Of a stretch of DNA of 64,000 nt, positions 16,715-25,456 are shown piece after piece (the first letter of the stretch is position 1; the number at the start of each line of letters is the position of its first letter). Below the pieces are notes generated by a model, which saw only the letters and a list, made by a program, of their open reading frames with translations, did no database searches and was not told the DNA's origin. Source of the DNA: a virus. Both the position numbers and the translations under genes were made by a program. The DNA lies in IMG/VR virus record IMGVR_UViG_3300015202_000004, positions 115,943 to 179,942 of that record. The stretch is one strand, 5' to 3'.

Positions 16715-18825
16715 AGAACTTGTTTGATTTGATGCACCACTTCAACTAAATCAGATTGAGCCGCCATGACAGCATCAATGTCTTTATAAGCTTGTGGGAT
16801 TTCGTCTATCACCCCAATATCTTTTCTGCACTCAACACCCTTGGTTGCAGCGATTTGGTCTTCAACCGTGAACTGTTTCTTTGCTTGTGTACGCGACATT
16901 ACTCGTCCTGCCCCGTGGGAACAAGACATGTAAGATTCAGCGTTTCCAAGACCGCGAACAATGTACGATTTAGTACCCATCGAACCAGGGATAATTCCCA
17001 TTTCCCCTCGGCCAGCGCGAACCGCACCCTTACGGCTTACATACATTTCTTCACCGAAGTGAATTTCTGTAGTAACGTAGTTGTGGTGACAGTTGATGAC
17101 TTCGGTGTCAATGGTGAACGTTGGAAGCTTAAGGCGGTCCTCACGCATTACTGAAAGCAAACGCTTAAGCATGACTTCACGGTTTGTGGCCGCATAATCT
17201 TGTGCCCAAGTCATTGCCTTGACGTAATCCTCGAACGAATCCGTACCTTCCGATAAGAACGCAAGGTCCTTATCCGGCAAAACTTCGCCACGCTTTTCAA
17301 GTTCCGCTTTCGCTTCGTTGATAAAGTATGAACCGATTTTGTTACCGATTCCACGCGAACCCGAGTGCAGCATTAACCATACGCGATTTTCTCTGTCGAG
17401 ACAGAGTTCGATGAAGTGGTTGCCGCCACCAAGGGTAGCAAGCTGATTGACCGGGTGCTTGTCGTTGACGATTTTTGGATATTTCTCGTCTAACCATTTG
17501 AACCCAGCATCAAGGTGCTTCCAGCCTGTTTCAACAACAGACGGGACACGAGTATGCATGTTGAATCCAACTGGAACCGTGCGCTCAAAAGCTTCACGGA
17601 GAGGTTTTAAATCAGATGGCAAATCTTCGGCCTTCAAAGAAGTACGAACTGCCGCCATGCCACAATTACCTGTCATAGCAATGTTCCCACCTCGTCGCAT
17701 TACCCAGTATCCAGATGGCAAAGTAAAACAATAAGCCCTACCGTCAATCGGAACTACTTCTGTTATTTCTGACTTTGGCACACCAGCCATACCCACCATG
17801 GTATTATTATGAGCAAAAACACGATAATCAATGGCACCACTGTAATGTTCATCTTGCCGTAAAACCGCTCTATATCCAGATGCAGTAAAAGCATAATGAG
17901 CAAAATCAGCAGCTTCTTTAATCCGCGTAAAAAATACACGGTCTTTTATATTCCCGTCCCAATGAAAACATTCATCAGTGAAAATTTTTAATTGCGCTAA
18001 AGAAGCTTTCCAAAGCCATTCATATGTTTTTGTAACTTTTGGCGGTAGAAATCTGAAAGATACATCTTCGCCATAAATTTTTTCTGTATACTTAATTTTT
18101 GCGGCATCTAAAAGTTCTTTTGCTTTTTTTGATTTACGGGCTTTACGTACCTTTACAACAGCATGATTTTGATGGTCAATATGACCATCTGCTAAAACCA
18201 TTACCATAACACGCAAATTATCATCTGAGATTTCAATTGAATTTGATAAAACTGGTGTAAAAGTAGTCATAAATTCAGCTTTATAACCTTGAACTAAATA
18301 GTCATGTGTCCTTTTAAATTGTTCAGCAGTTATAACTTTTTGAACACGAATCCGGTCGCGGCCAGAAATTTCCCAACACAAAATTGTATGGTCTGGCGAT
18401 AAAACTTGGTTAATACCATGCTTAGTTTTAAAAGAATATAGTTTATCGTATTCTTTTTTAATATATTCTTTTGGTTTAACAAACTCACCTTGGCCTGTAC
18501 TCGGGTCATATTGCATAACTGAATCACCGTCTTGATATTCTGAAATAAATTTCCATCCATCTTCAGATAAAAATTCTGTTTCCGCATCAACGCAACCGAT
18601 ATCAACGCCAACGATGCTCGGAATTATAACATTCTTGGTTGCAATTACACTACCAACAGTTGAACCAATTCCGGCGTGTACGTCGGGCATGATTGCTACA
18701 CCGTGGACGAATGGAAGCAACGCAACGTTTAAAACTTGCTTACGGGCAGATTCTTCGAAGACTACGCCTTCGACCCAAGCCTTAACAGGCTTACGCCCTG
18801 GCCCTTCAATTAATTCATAATTCAT
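16699..18825 (-). CDS. rtcB: RtcB RNA ligase containing an intein
   Basis: MPDVHAG, VGVDIG/CGM, TLGGGNHFIE, HSGSRG, SCSHGAGR, DEIPQAYK. Confidence 0.96.
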   Translation of the reverse strand: MNYELIEGPGRKPVKAWVEGVVFEESARKQVLNVALLPFVHGVAIMPDVHAGIGSTVGSVIATKNVIIPSIVGVDIGCVDAETEFLSEDGWKFISEYQDGDSVMQYDPSTGQGEFVKPKEYIKKEYDKLYSFKTKHGINQVLSPDHTILCWEISGRDRIRVQKVITAEQFKRTHDYLVQGYKAEFMTTFTPVLSNSIEISDDNLRVMVMVLADGHIDHQNHAVVKVRKARKSKKAKELLDAAKIKYTEKIYGEDVSFRFLPPKVTKTYEWLWKASLAQLKIFTDECFHWDGNIKDRVFFTRIKEAADFAHYAFTASGYRAVLRQDEHYSGAIDYRVFAHNNTMVGMAGVPKSEITEVVPIDGRAYCFTLPSGYWVMRRGGNIAMTGNCGMAAVRTSLKAEDLPSDLKPLREAFERTVPVGFNMHTRVPSVVETGWKHLDAGFKWLDEKYPKIVNDKHPVNQLATLGGGNHFIELCLDRENRVWLMLHSGSRGIGNKIGSYFINEAKAELEKRGEVLPDKDLAFLSEGTDSFEDYVKAMTWAQDYAATNREVMLKRLLSVMREDRLKLPTFTIDTEVINCHHNYVTTEIHFGEEMYVSRKGAVRAGRGEMGIIPGSMGTKSYIVRGLGNAESYMSCSHGAGRVMSRTQAKKQFTVEDQIAATKGVECRKDIGVIDEIPQAYKDIDAVMAAQSDLVEVVHQIKQVLCVKG
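17665..18594 (-). mobile_element. intein (310 aa) with probable LAGLIDADG-derived domain
   Basis: Starts CVDAETE, block B SPDH, VLADG and HWDG, ends YCF...TGN before catalytic Cys. Confidence 0.9.
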
Positions 18826-18879
18826 AACTTCCTCATTCTATCACTTTGCCAAACGGTTGTCAATACCTTCGGTAAAAAA

Positions 18880-19215
18880 TCACGCTTCTTTTAGTGTCTG
18901 TCTCTTGAGAAGCGCGGCCTTCGGTAATTCCTTGCTGTTCATTTCGCCGTCCTCATAAACAATTTCATGACCAATCAAACCTTCAATGACTTTAATCATG
19001 GAAATATTATCTAAAGCTCCCACCGTTTCGTCGTCCCATTCATTATCCAAGTCAAGCCCTTGGTCATACTTTTCTTTTAATAAAGCAATTGCTTCTTCTT
19101 TGCTAGAAGCTAATACTTCATAAGTATATGCAAAACAAGTACTATACCATTCATCAAAAGTTTGATAATCTTTAGTAGGGCTGGCAAGATATCTAGGTGG
19201 TCTTTTTTCAGCCAT
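18880..19215 (-). CDS. hypothetical protein
   Basis: 111-aa ORF coupled to upstream gene. Confidence 0.65.
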   Translation of the reverse strand: MAEKRPPRYLASPTKDYQTFDEWYSTCFAYTYEVLASSKEEAIALLKEKYDQGLDLDNEWDDETVGALDNISMIKVIEGLIGHEIVYEDGEMNSKELPKAALLKRQTLKEA

Positions 19216-19658
19216 TATATTTTTATTTCTATGCCGTAATCGGCAAGATTTCTGTGCATGAAAACGATTGCATGATTAAAATTATTGCCGATACCACGGG
19301 CATCAGAATTCGTGAACGGCACCTTCATTGAAAATTCCCATTTACCACTCTTCAGAAGCAAGACGTTGATGTATTGCTTAAGGGTACTTAGCTTCTTAAG
19401 GATGCGCTCAAAAGATTCATAGAAGTAATCGTTTGGTGCTTCTACCACAGGTTCGTGGTAAAGCTTCTGGTACATTTTCTTGAAAGCAAGAAAAACAGAC
19501 GGGCCACTTGACTCTAGAACTTCGTTATTTGTCAAAACAAAGACCTTGAAAACGTTATCTTCGAAAATCAAAGTAACATTCTCTTCTCGGTCTACGCCCT
19601 CTCGGGTTATAAGTGTTTTGACTAAATCTTCTAAAGTCAAATGGGTTAAGCTCTTCAC
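19215..19658 (-). CDS. hypothetical protein
   Basis: 147-aa ORF coupled to Nudix gene. Confidence 0.65.
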   Translation of the reverse strand: MKSLTHLTLEDLVKTLITREGVDREENVTLIFEDNVFKVFVLTNNEVLESSGPSVFLAFKKMYQKLYHEPVVEAPNDYFYESFERILKKLSTLKQYINVLLLKSGKWEFSMKVPFTNSDARGIGNNFNHAIVFMHRNLADYGIEIKI

Positions 19659-20089
19659 TTTGCTTTCTCGGCTACTGCCTTTTTTACTGCTTTTTTGATT
19701 GTTTTCAGAAAACCTTCATCAACTTCGTACAAGGGTTCTGGCAAGGATTCAATATCAAACCATACCCATCCTTCACACTTATGGGGTTCTGTGTTAACGG
19801 CTTTCTGTTTACCTTTAACTTTCCCAATATAAAAGAAAGTAAGATATTGATTGCTCTTGCCTACTTCCTCTGTGAAACCGATATATGACGTTTTTCCAAT
19901 GTTTAAATCTGTTTCTTCCTTTGTTTCTCGCACGGCTGTATCCGCGATAAGCTCACCAAATTCATGGTGACCACCAGGAAATTGCCACATACCGTTACCG
20001 TGCTTGGCAATTCTTTTGCCCATTAAAACTTGGTTCTTCTTGTTTATGGCTACACAAGCTACGCCAATTTTAATTTTTCCATTTGCCAT
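19655..20089 (-). CDS. Nudix hydrolase (NUDT15-like)
   Basis: PGGHHEFGE....AVRETKEET Nudix box; NTEPHKCEGW. Confidence 0.93.
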   Translation of the reverse strand: MANGKIKIGVACVAINKKNQVLMGKRIAKHGNGMWQFPGGHHEFGELIADTAVRETKEETDLNIGKTSYIGFTEEVGKSNQYLTFFYIGKVKGKQKAVNTEPHKCEGWVWFDIESLPEPLYEVDEGFLKTIKKAVKKAVAEKAK

Positions 20090-20303
20090 TAGTGCCTCAG
20101 AAGATGAAAAATGCTGTAATAATTATGATGGTAGTAGTGATGAAATTATAATGATGGTATTAAGAGCTTGAATATAATGGTCGCGACGGCATTCGACAAC
20201 CAACGAGTATGGTGACCAAAAAATAAGTAAATATACTTCATGGAACTATGGTATCACATAAGTAATAAAAAAGCAAGAAACCCTTATCGGGCTTCTTTAA
20301 AAT

Positions 20304-20391
20304 TGGAGGAAAGCAGAGTAATTGAAACCCACTCCTTGCAGAGCCAACGATATTCGAAGCCGTGCTGGTACGCCTGTCCAGTTTACTTTCC
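20304..20391 (-). tRNA. tRNA-Ser(CGA) with 8/4 acceptor/T-stem fold
   Basis: 8-bp GGAAAGTA/TGCTTTCC; 4-bp GGGT/ACTC; loop TTCGAAT; V-arm; CCA encoded. Confidence 0.75.
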
Positions 20392-20437
20392 ATAAGAATT
20401 TTAATTTAAAATGGAGGACTTATAACATTTGAAATAT

Positions 20438-20527
20438 TGGAGGAAGAGGAGCGAGTCGAACGCTCAAGGGCTTTAACACCTCGACAATTTTCTAGATTGC
20501 TACCGTCGCCAATCGGCTTGCTCTTCC
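20438..20527 (-). tRNA. tRNA-Ser(AGA)
   Basis: GCAAT-CTAGAAA-ATTGT; long V-arm; CCA encoded. Confidence 0.87.
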
Positions 20528-20816
20528 ATGCTCTATTTAGTATACCACAAAAACCTCAGAAGTCAAGACCTAAGAATGTTCAACAATTAAATTGGGGGAA
20601 ATAAATTGAACGAAGTCTATATCTTCAGGCTTTTTTCCTTCCAAACTTTGAAGGAGCTTGTCGAAATAGGTTTCAGGGTCCTTAAAGATGTAGGTATAGA
20701 AAATGCTATCAGTATTTTCTAATGACTTCTTAATACCTGAATTGTCAAATTCCATATACCAATGACCGTTACTATGAGTTAGCGTTGCGATTGGGTAAGA
20801 ATTTCCACAGGATAAA

Positions 20817-21851
20817 TCAGGTAGATACTTTATTTGATACTTCATTAATCCAAGCCTTATCGTGGGTAATTTTTGTGTCGTAAATGCTAAATTCAATGAT
20901 GGTCTTATCAACTTCAAATCCTAACTCTTGAATATCCATTTTTAGAAATTCAACAACGTTTTCAAAATCTTCTTTATAAGCATCGTATGAACGCAATGTC
21001 ATCATTATTATATAACGTTTTTTATCAATTCTTTTAAACATATTACGGGAAAGATGGGCATCGTATCTAGTAGCTAAATCCTTTAACAATTCAATACTTG
21101 GTGGAACTCCATAAGGAATAAAGGCTGCGCCACTTCGGCAAAGACGTTCCCATTGTAACGATTCTTCAAGCGTCATAGGTTCTTCTACAACAACTGCCAA
21201 ATGGCTTTCAAAATAACAATCTTTTGGCATTGTTTCTGGTCCAAATTGACTAGATGGCGCTGCCGGATGCCAAGGCACTGTTTCAATCTTACTTCTAACT
21301 ACTGAAATTCCCGCTTCAGTCAAAGCCCTGTTTACACGCTCTACTTCAGCATATGCTTTCTGATTGTTACCAAATAAAACAGACGAAGTTTGCACATCCT
21401 CTAGTAAAACGTTCCCCGCTCTACTTTGAAGGTCCAAGATAATTGGTTTTACTCCAATTTCATTACAAACTTTTTTGAAATGCTCACATTCAACATTTTC
21501 AACAGTAATGTGAATCTCATAAGGGATGTTATCATGGTTTTTAATAGCGTCTTCTTTAACTTGAAGAGAACGCCACTTAGCAGACTTTTTGACTATCATT
21601 GATTCAATTTCGTCAGTTGTAAATCCAACGTCATATGCACAACTTATAGCACACAAAATTGTATCAACCGCTTCGTTAAGAACTGATTCTCTTTCAACGA
21701 ATTGATGAATTGCACCTGGCTGATTCGTATAAGCTAAAACAACCTTGGCTAAATCTCCTGCTTCGTTTGAAGTCTTTAAAGCCTTACCTGTTAGGTCTTT
21801 TTTGTCTTCGCTCGAAAGAAATTTTATGTAGTCAAAGATTTTTTTATTCAT
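20817..21851 (-). CDS. MazG-like domain fused to an uncharacterised ferredoxin-like region
   Basis: N-terminal K..NEAGDL...EAVDTI; C-terminal YEIHITV, RSKIE, YFESH. Confidence 0.65.
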   Translation of the reverse strand: MNKKIFDYIKFLSSEDKKDLTGKALKTSNEAGDLAKVVLAYTNQPGAIHQFVERESVLNEAVDTILCAISCAYDVGFTTDEIESMIVKKSAKWRSLQVKEDAIKNHDNIPYEIHITVENVECEHFKKVCNEIGVKPIILDLQSRAGNVLLEDVQTSSVLFGNNQKAYAEVERVNRALTEAGISVVRSKIETVPWHPAAPSSQFGPETMPKDCYFESHLAVVVEEPMTLEESLQWERLCRSGAAFIPYGVPPSIELLKDLATRYDAHLSRNMFKRIDKKRYIIMMTLRSYDAYKEDFENVVEFLKMDIQELGFEVDKTIIEFSIYDTKITHDKAWINEVSNKVST

Positions 21852-22022
21852 TTAGCTTCCTTGTCTGTTTTTAATTTAGCACGGTCAGATACAATTTTTT
21901 CTTCGCAAGCTTTAATGATGAATTCTTCAATAGTCTCGCGAGTTTTTAAACACGCTTCAAGAATTAAAAGATAAAGTTTACGGTCAATTTCAAGTTGAAT
22001 AGTTACGTATTTTTTATTTATA

Positions 22023-22304
22023 TTAAACTCGCACGTATTCGATGATTTTTACTTCTTTAGGTGCCACTTCAAAACATTGAACATTGCCAACTTCATATTC
22101 AAAAGGTCTTTCACCTATCGCATCGCCTGTATTTTTACGATAGTCAACCTGATAATATTTATTATCGGGACTTCTAAAAACCATTGTATAAATGTTGGCC
22201 CAACGTGTGGAGCCCGTTTCCTTTTCTTCCACCTTGATATAATCTTCATTCTCATCCCAAACTATTTCTCTTAATACTCCGGGTGACAATTTAATGGTTG
22301 CCAT
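22023..22304 (-). CDS. hypothetical phage protein
   Basis: 93-aa ORF with RBS. Confidence 0.7.
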   Translation of the reverse strand: MATIKLSPGVLREIVWDENEDYIKVEEKETGSTRWANIYTMVFRSPDNKYYQVDYRKNTGDAIGERPFEYEVGNVQCFEVAPKEVKIIEYVRV

Positions 22305-22337
22305 CTTTATTCTCTTTTTCTAGAAGGTTAAAAATTT

Positions 22338-22425
22338 TGGTGAGACGAGTGGGACTCGCACCCACGTTGAGGAATTACCCTGTCGGTTTAAAAAACCGCT
22401 GCACTCGCTACTTAGCTACCGTCTC
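22338..22425 (-). tRNA. tRNA with TTT (Lys) anticodon and long variable arm
   Basis: GCGGT-TTTTTAA-ACCGA; 17-nt V-arm AGG...CCT; CCA encoded. Confidence 0.75.
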
Positions 22426-22430
22426 ATATT

Positions 22431-22505
22431 TGGTGCGCCCGGTGGGACTTAAACCCACAACCAATCCGTTAAAAGCGGATTGCTCTATCATTGAGCTACA
22501 GGCAC
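22431..22505 (-). tRNA. tRNA-Lys(TTT)
   Basis: ATCCG-CTTTTAA-CGGAT; CCA encoded. Confidence 0.9.
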
Positions 22506-22506
22506 A

Positions 22507-22581
22507 TGGTGGATTAGGTGGGTACTGCCCCCACATAGACTTGCTTAAGAGGCAAGCACATTACTTGTCTGCCACTAATCC
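22507..22581 (-). tRNA. tRNA-Lys(CTT)
   Basis: CTTGC-CTCTTAA-GCAAG; atypical T-loop GGCAGTA; CCA encoded. Confidence 0.8.
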
Positions 22582-22586
22582 AGAAT

Positions 22587-22958
22587 TTAAAATGTTCCCC
22601 AGAATTTTTTACCTGGCAGTTCTTCAGACCAAGCGCTGTCGAAATAGCAGTTGTCAGATGCCGTTTCAAATAAAGGTGCGATTTCTTCTTTTGTGAATCC
22701 TGCTAATCCACAACCAATTTGTGTCACTTGGAATTCTAATTCAGGATTTAATTTAGCGTAAATAACAAAATCATCTACGTATCGTTTTACATCTTCAACT
22801 TCAAGAGAATAAAGTTCCTCGTCTTTTGTAGGAATAGCATAGCTATTACCATAATGACCGATGCCTTTTCCCAAGATAGCGCCATGTTTTTCACGAGCAA
22901 CTTTAGCTGCACCCGCACCGTGAACTCCTCGTTTATTACTTCCAAAGACAAAAATCAT
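22587..22958 (-). CDS. macrodomain-like phage protein (A1S_2505-like)
   Basis: IFVFGSN..G.HGAGAA, SYAIPT, VTQIGCGLAG. Confidence 0.85.
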   Translation of the reverse strand: MIFVFGSNKRGVHGAGAAKVAREKHGAILGKGIGHYGNSYAIPTKDEELYSLEVEDVKRYVDDFVIYAKLNPELEFQVTQIGCGLAGFTKEEIAPLFETASDNCYFDSAWSEELPGKKFWGTF

Positions 22959-23314
22959 TTTGAATAATACTCGTTGCTTTCTTTAATCATTTTAGCTAGC
23001 GTCTCGTCGTCAATCATGCCTTCAAAATAATGTTTAATTTTATCTTCAGACATTGGTTCTACTTTTGGAAAGTCAGGTTCATTGTCGCCATAAATCCAAA
23101 TTATTTCACAACCATGACCATCGGATTTTTTGCGTAACTTCAACCAATTTTGGATTGGCTGGTCAGTTTTAATGCCCCAGGAAATTTGCCATAAACCGAT
23201 TGATTCAAAAATTTCAGAAAAAGTATTGCGCCAACCAAAAGTGCATGGCATCCATGTTTGACAAAAGCAATGGCATTTATTGAAATGTTGTAAGATTTTT
23301 TGAAAGTCATTCAT
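22955..23314 (-). CDS. hypothetical protein
   Basis: 119-aa ORF coupled to next gene. Confidence 0.6.
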   Translation of the reverse strand: MNDFQKILQHFNKCHCFCQTWMPCTFGWRNTFSEIFESIGLWQISWGIKTDQPIQNWLKLRKKSDGHGCEIIWIYGDNEPDFPKVEPMSEDKIKHYFEGMIDDETLAKMIKESNEYYSK

Positions 23315-23323
23315 AATTTTTAA

Positions 23324-23390
23324 TGCTAGGTATGGGATTCGAACCGCATATCTTGTGGCCTTAGCTGTTTTACCGTTAAACTAACCGGGC
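23324..23390 (-). pseudogene. degenerate tRNA lacking an anticodon stem
   Basis: D arm and GGTTCGAATCC T arm present; acceptor has mismatches; anticodon arm not pairable. Confidence 0.6.
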
Positions 23391-23397
23391 ATATTTG

Positions 23398-23471
23398 TCC
23401 TGGTGGCGTGACTTGAACACGCGACCCCGAGCTTATAAAGCCCGCGCTCTAACCAACTGAGCTACACCAGG
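23398..23471 (-). tRNA. tRNA-Ile(TAT)
   Basis: CGGGC-TTTATAA-GCTCG; A73; no encoded CCA. Confidence 0.88.
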
Positions 23472-23583
23472 ATGACTTTATTATTGTATCACTTTTTTTT
23501 ATTTAAGTCAAGACCCATTTCGTTATATTTGCACCCTTGTTTACTCCTATATATAATTAATGCTTTAATATATAGGAGCTTAT

Positions 23584-23900
23584 ATGGGAATTAAATACAC
23601 CAACCAAGAGTTCGTATCAGCAGTTGAAAATTCATTAACAATCGCTGAAGTTTTACGTAAATTAGGTTTGAAACCAATGGGAACAAATTATAAAACTGTA
23701 AAAAATACAGTAATTAAATTAGGCTTAGATATTTCACATTATACTGGAAAATCACATGGGAAATCTCGCAGTTTAGGTCCGAAAAAATAGATTTAGAAAA
23801 AATTCTTGTTGAAAATAGTACTTACACTAGTTCTTCTTCTTTGCGAAAAAGATTGATTGATGGGAGTAACTGACAATGCTATTCGCAAACACATCAAACA
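23584..23900 (+). pseudogene. decayed HNH homing endonuclease
   Basis: N-terminal ORF, frameshifted LEKILVENSTYTSSSSLRKRLI, then GVTDNAIRKH; nuclease core absent. Confidence 0.65.
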
Positions 23901-24074
23901 AAAAGCCCCACTTCGTTAGAAGCAGGGCTTGATTTATATTTTCTGACTACACTTAATCAGGCAATACAAATCCAAGCCCCGCCCGTTTAGACGAAGATGA
24001 TATGGATTTCTTTGCTGAAGATAAAATGCTCATGTCTATTATTATACTACACTTTCAGAAAAATAGCAATAGGA

Positions 24075-24827
24075 CTATGCTTTTACGGTGAAAATACTTG
24101 TTGGGAAGCTGGTTGCGTTGTAAGGCAAGAAAGCCATACCGCTATAGGCCCAAGTATCCGACCAGTTATTCATAACAATAAATGCGCCCTTACTGTTGTC
24201 CATGTTTACAAAATGGTCGAGGTAACCAATGATGGAAACACAATGGCCTCCAGCAGATGTGGTTCCGGCGCTTTGCAATCTACCATCGTTGCCTGGGTTC
24301 ATCCATTCGTTTTGCCAATCAATACCAATGACCAAAGGACCATGCTTGTATATAGCTGTACGCATTAAATTAACGTCAGGATTTACGGTAACGAAGTCCT
24401 GGAACAAGAAGTCCTTGTGCTTAATATTATCTTGAACTGGACGTAGACATTCTTCGAATTTATCTGTCAAATAAGGCAAATCCTTATCATACACATAAAA
24501 CTGCTTAACAATATTTAAGCCATCTGATACTTGTAAGCCGTCATCGGTCTTATCAGTTGGATAATATTCAGATTTAGCAACAGAGAAAATTCCGGTTGCT
24601 GAAATAAGGATATCATGACCCTTACGCTTACGGTAGAAGAATTCAAAAACTTTTTTAACACAGAAAGCAACACAGGTGCCGAAAGGGCCTTGGTCGTCAA
24701 CGTGTGGGTAAACATAAAAATAATTAACGGATGGAGGCAACTTGGAAAGCATATTCAAATCAGGCATAAACTTTTCAAAAGTTTCATACAATGGGTCAAC
24801 TAAACTTTTTAATCCAAATGATTTCAT
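24075..24827 (-). CDS. papain-like (C1) cysteine peptidase
   Basis: DQGPFGTCVAF, GGHCV, NNWSDTW catalytic motifs. Confidence 0.9.
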   Translation of the reverse strand: MKSFGLKSLVDPLYETFEKFMPDLNMLSKLPPSVNYFYVYPHVDDQGPFGTCVAFCVKKVFEFFYRKRKGHDILISATGIFSVAKSEYYPTDKTDDGLQVSDGLNIVKQFYVYDKDLPYLTDKFEECLRPVQDNIKHKDFLFQDFVTVNPDVNLMRTAIYKHGPLVIGIDWQNEWMNPGNDGRLQSAGTTSAGGHCVSIIGYLDHFVNMDNSKGAFIVMNNWSDTWAYSGMAFLPYNATSFPTSIFTVKA

Positions 24828-24900
24828 TATTACTCCTAATAAATAAAAGAGAAGCAGTTTTTAACTACTCCTCTCTTTATATTAGTACTTAATTTTGATA

Positions 24901-25326
24901 TTAGAACAAACGTGTGGTGACTGAAGCGCCAACGTACTTATTGGTACGGCTCTGACCTGGAAGGTCAAGATTCATATTCAAAGATGTACCCGTTTCAACA
25001 GTAGCAGAAGTTACTCGGCTAAGGTGCAAGGTTGCGCCAAGGTCATAAGAATTGGCCGAATAAGCAAGTGCCGGAACACGAATGCTTGTAGAACGGTTCA
25101 AATCTGATTCTGCGTAGTCCGCATATACAGAGATATGCTTGCCAAGGTCGCTAGAAATACGAGCGGAACCTTGAAGTACGTTCGTTTGATTACGAACTAA
25201 ATTAGCAGTAGATAAATAGCCTGCTGTTACATCAAGATGCACAACGGGCTTATCGGCTGCTTTTGCTGGGGTTGAGATTGCAACTACGGCTAAAGCCGCA
25301 ACTACGATTAATGCCTTGATATTCAT
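24901..25326 (-). CDS. secreted outer-membrane beta-barrel-like protein
   Basis: Signal peptide ending AKA; amphipathic strands; C-terminal Phe. Confidence 0.65.
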   Translation of the reverse strand: MNIKALIVVAALAVVAISTPAKAADKPVVHLDVTAGYLSTANLVRNQTNVLQGSARISSDLGKHISVYADYAESDLNRSTSIRVPALAYSANSYDLGATLHLSRVTSATVETGTSLNMNLDLPGQSRTNKYVGASVTTRLF

Positions 25327-25456
25327 ATAAAAATTTTACTCCTATTTTTATTGGTATTTAAATGTTGCGGCCATACGTTAGGTGCAGGCCGTAACCTTAC
25401 ATCTAACAGTATAGCACACTCTGGGTTATTTTGTCAACCTAGATTGAGGTAATTAA

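Noticed and set aside
20411-20418. Additional tRNA at ATGGAGGA
   Set aside because: Only a TCCTCCA 3-prime end-like stub with no arms
22298-22696. 132-aa plus-strand ORF (also 10-318, 1893-2197, 3623-3814, 12804-13016, 13896-14186)
   Set aside because: These are antisense read-throughs of tRNA genes
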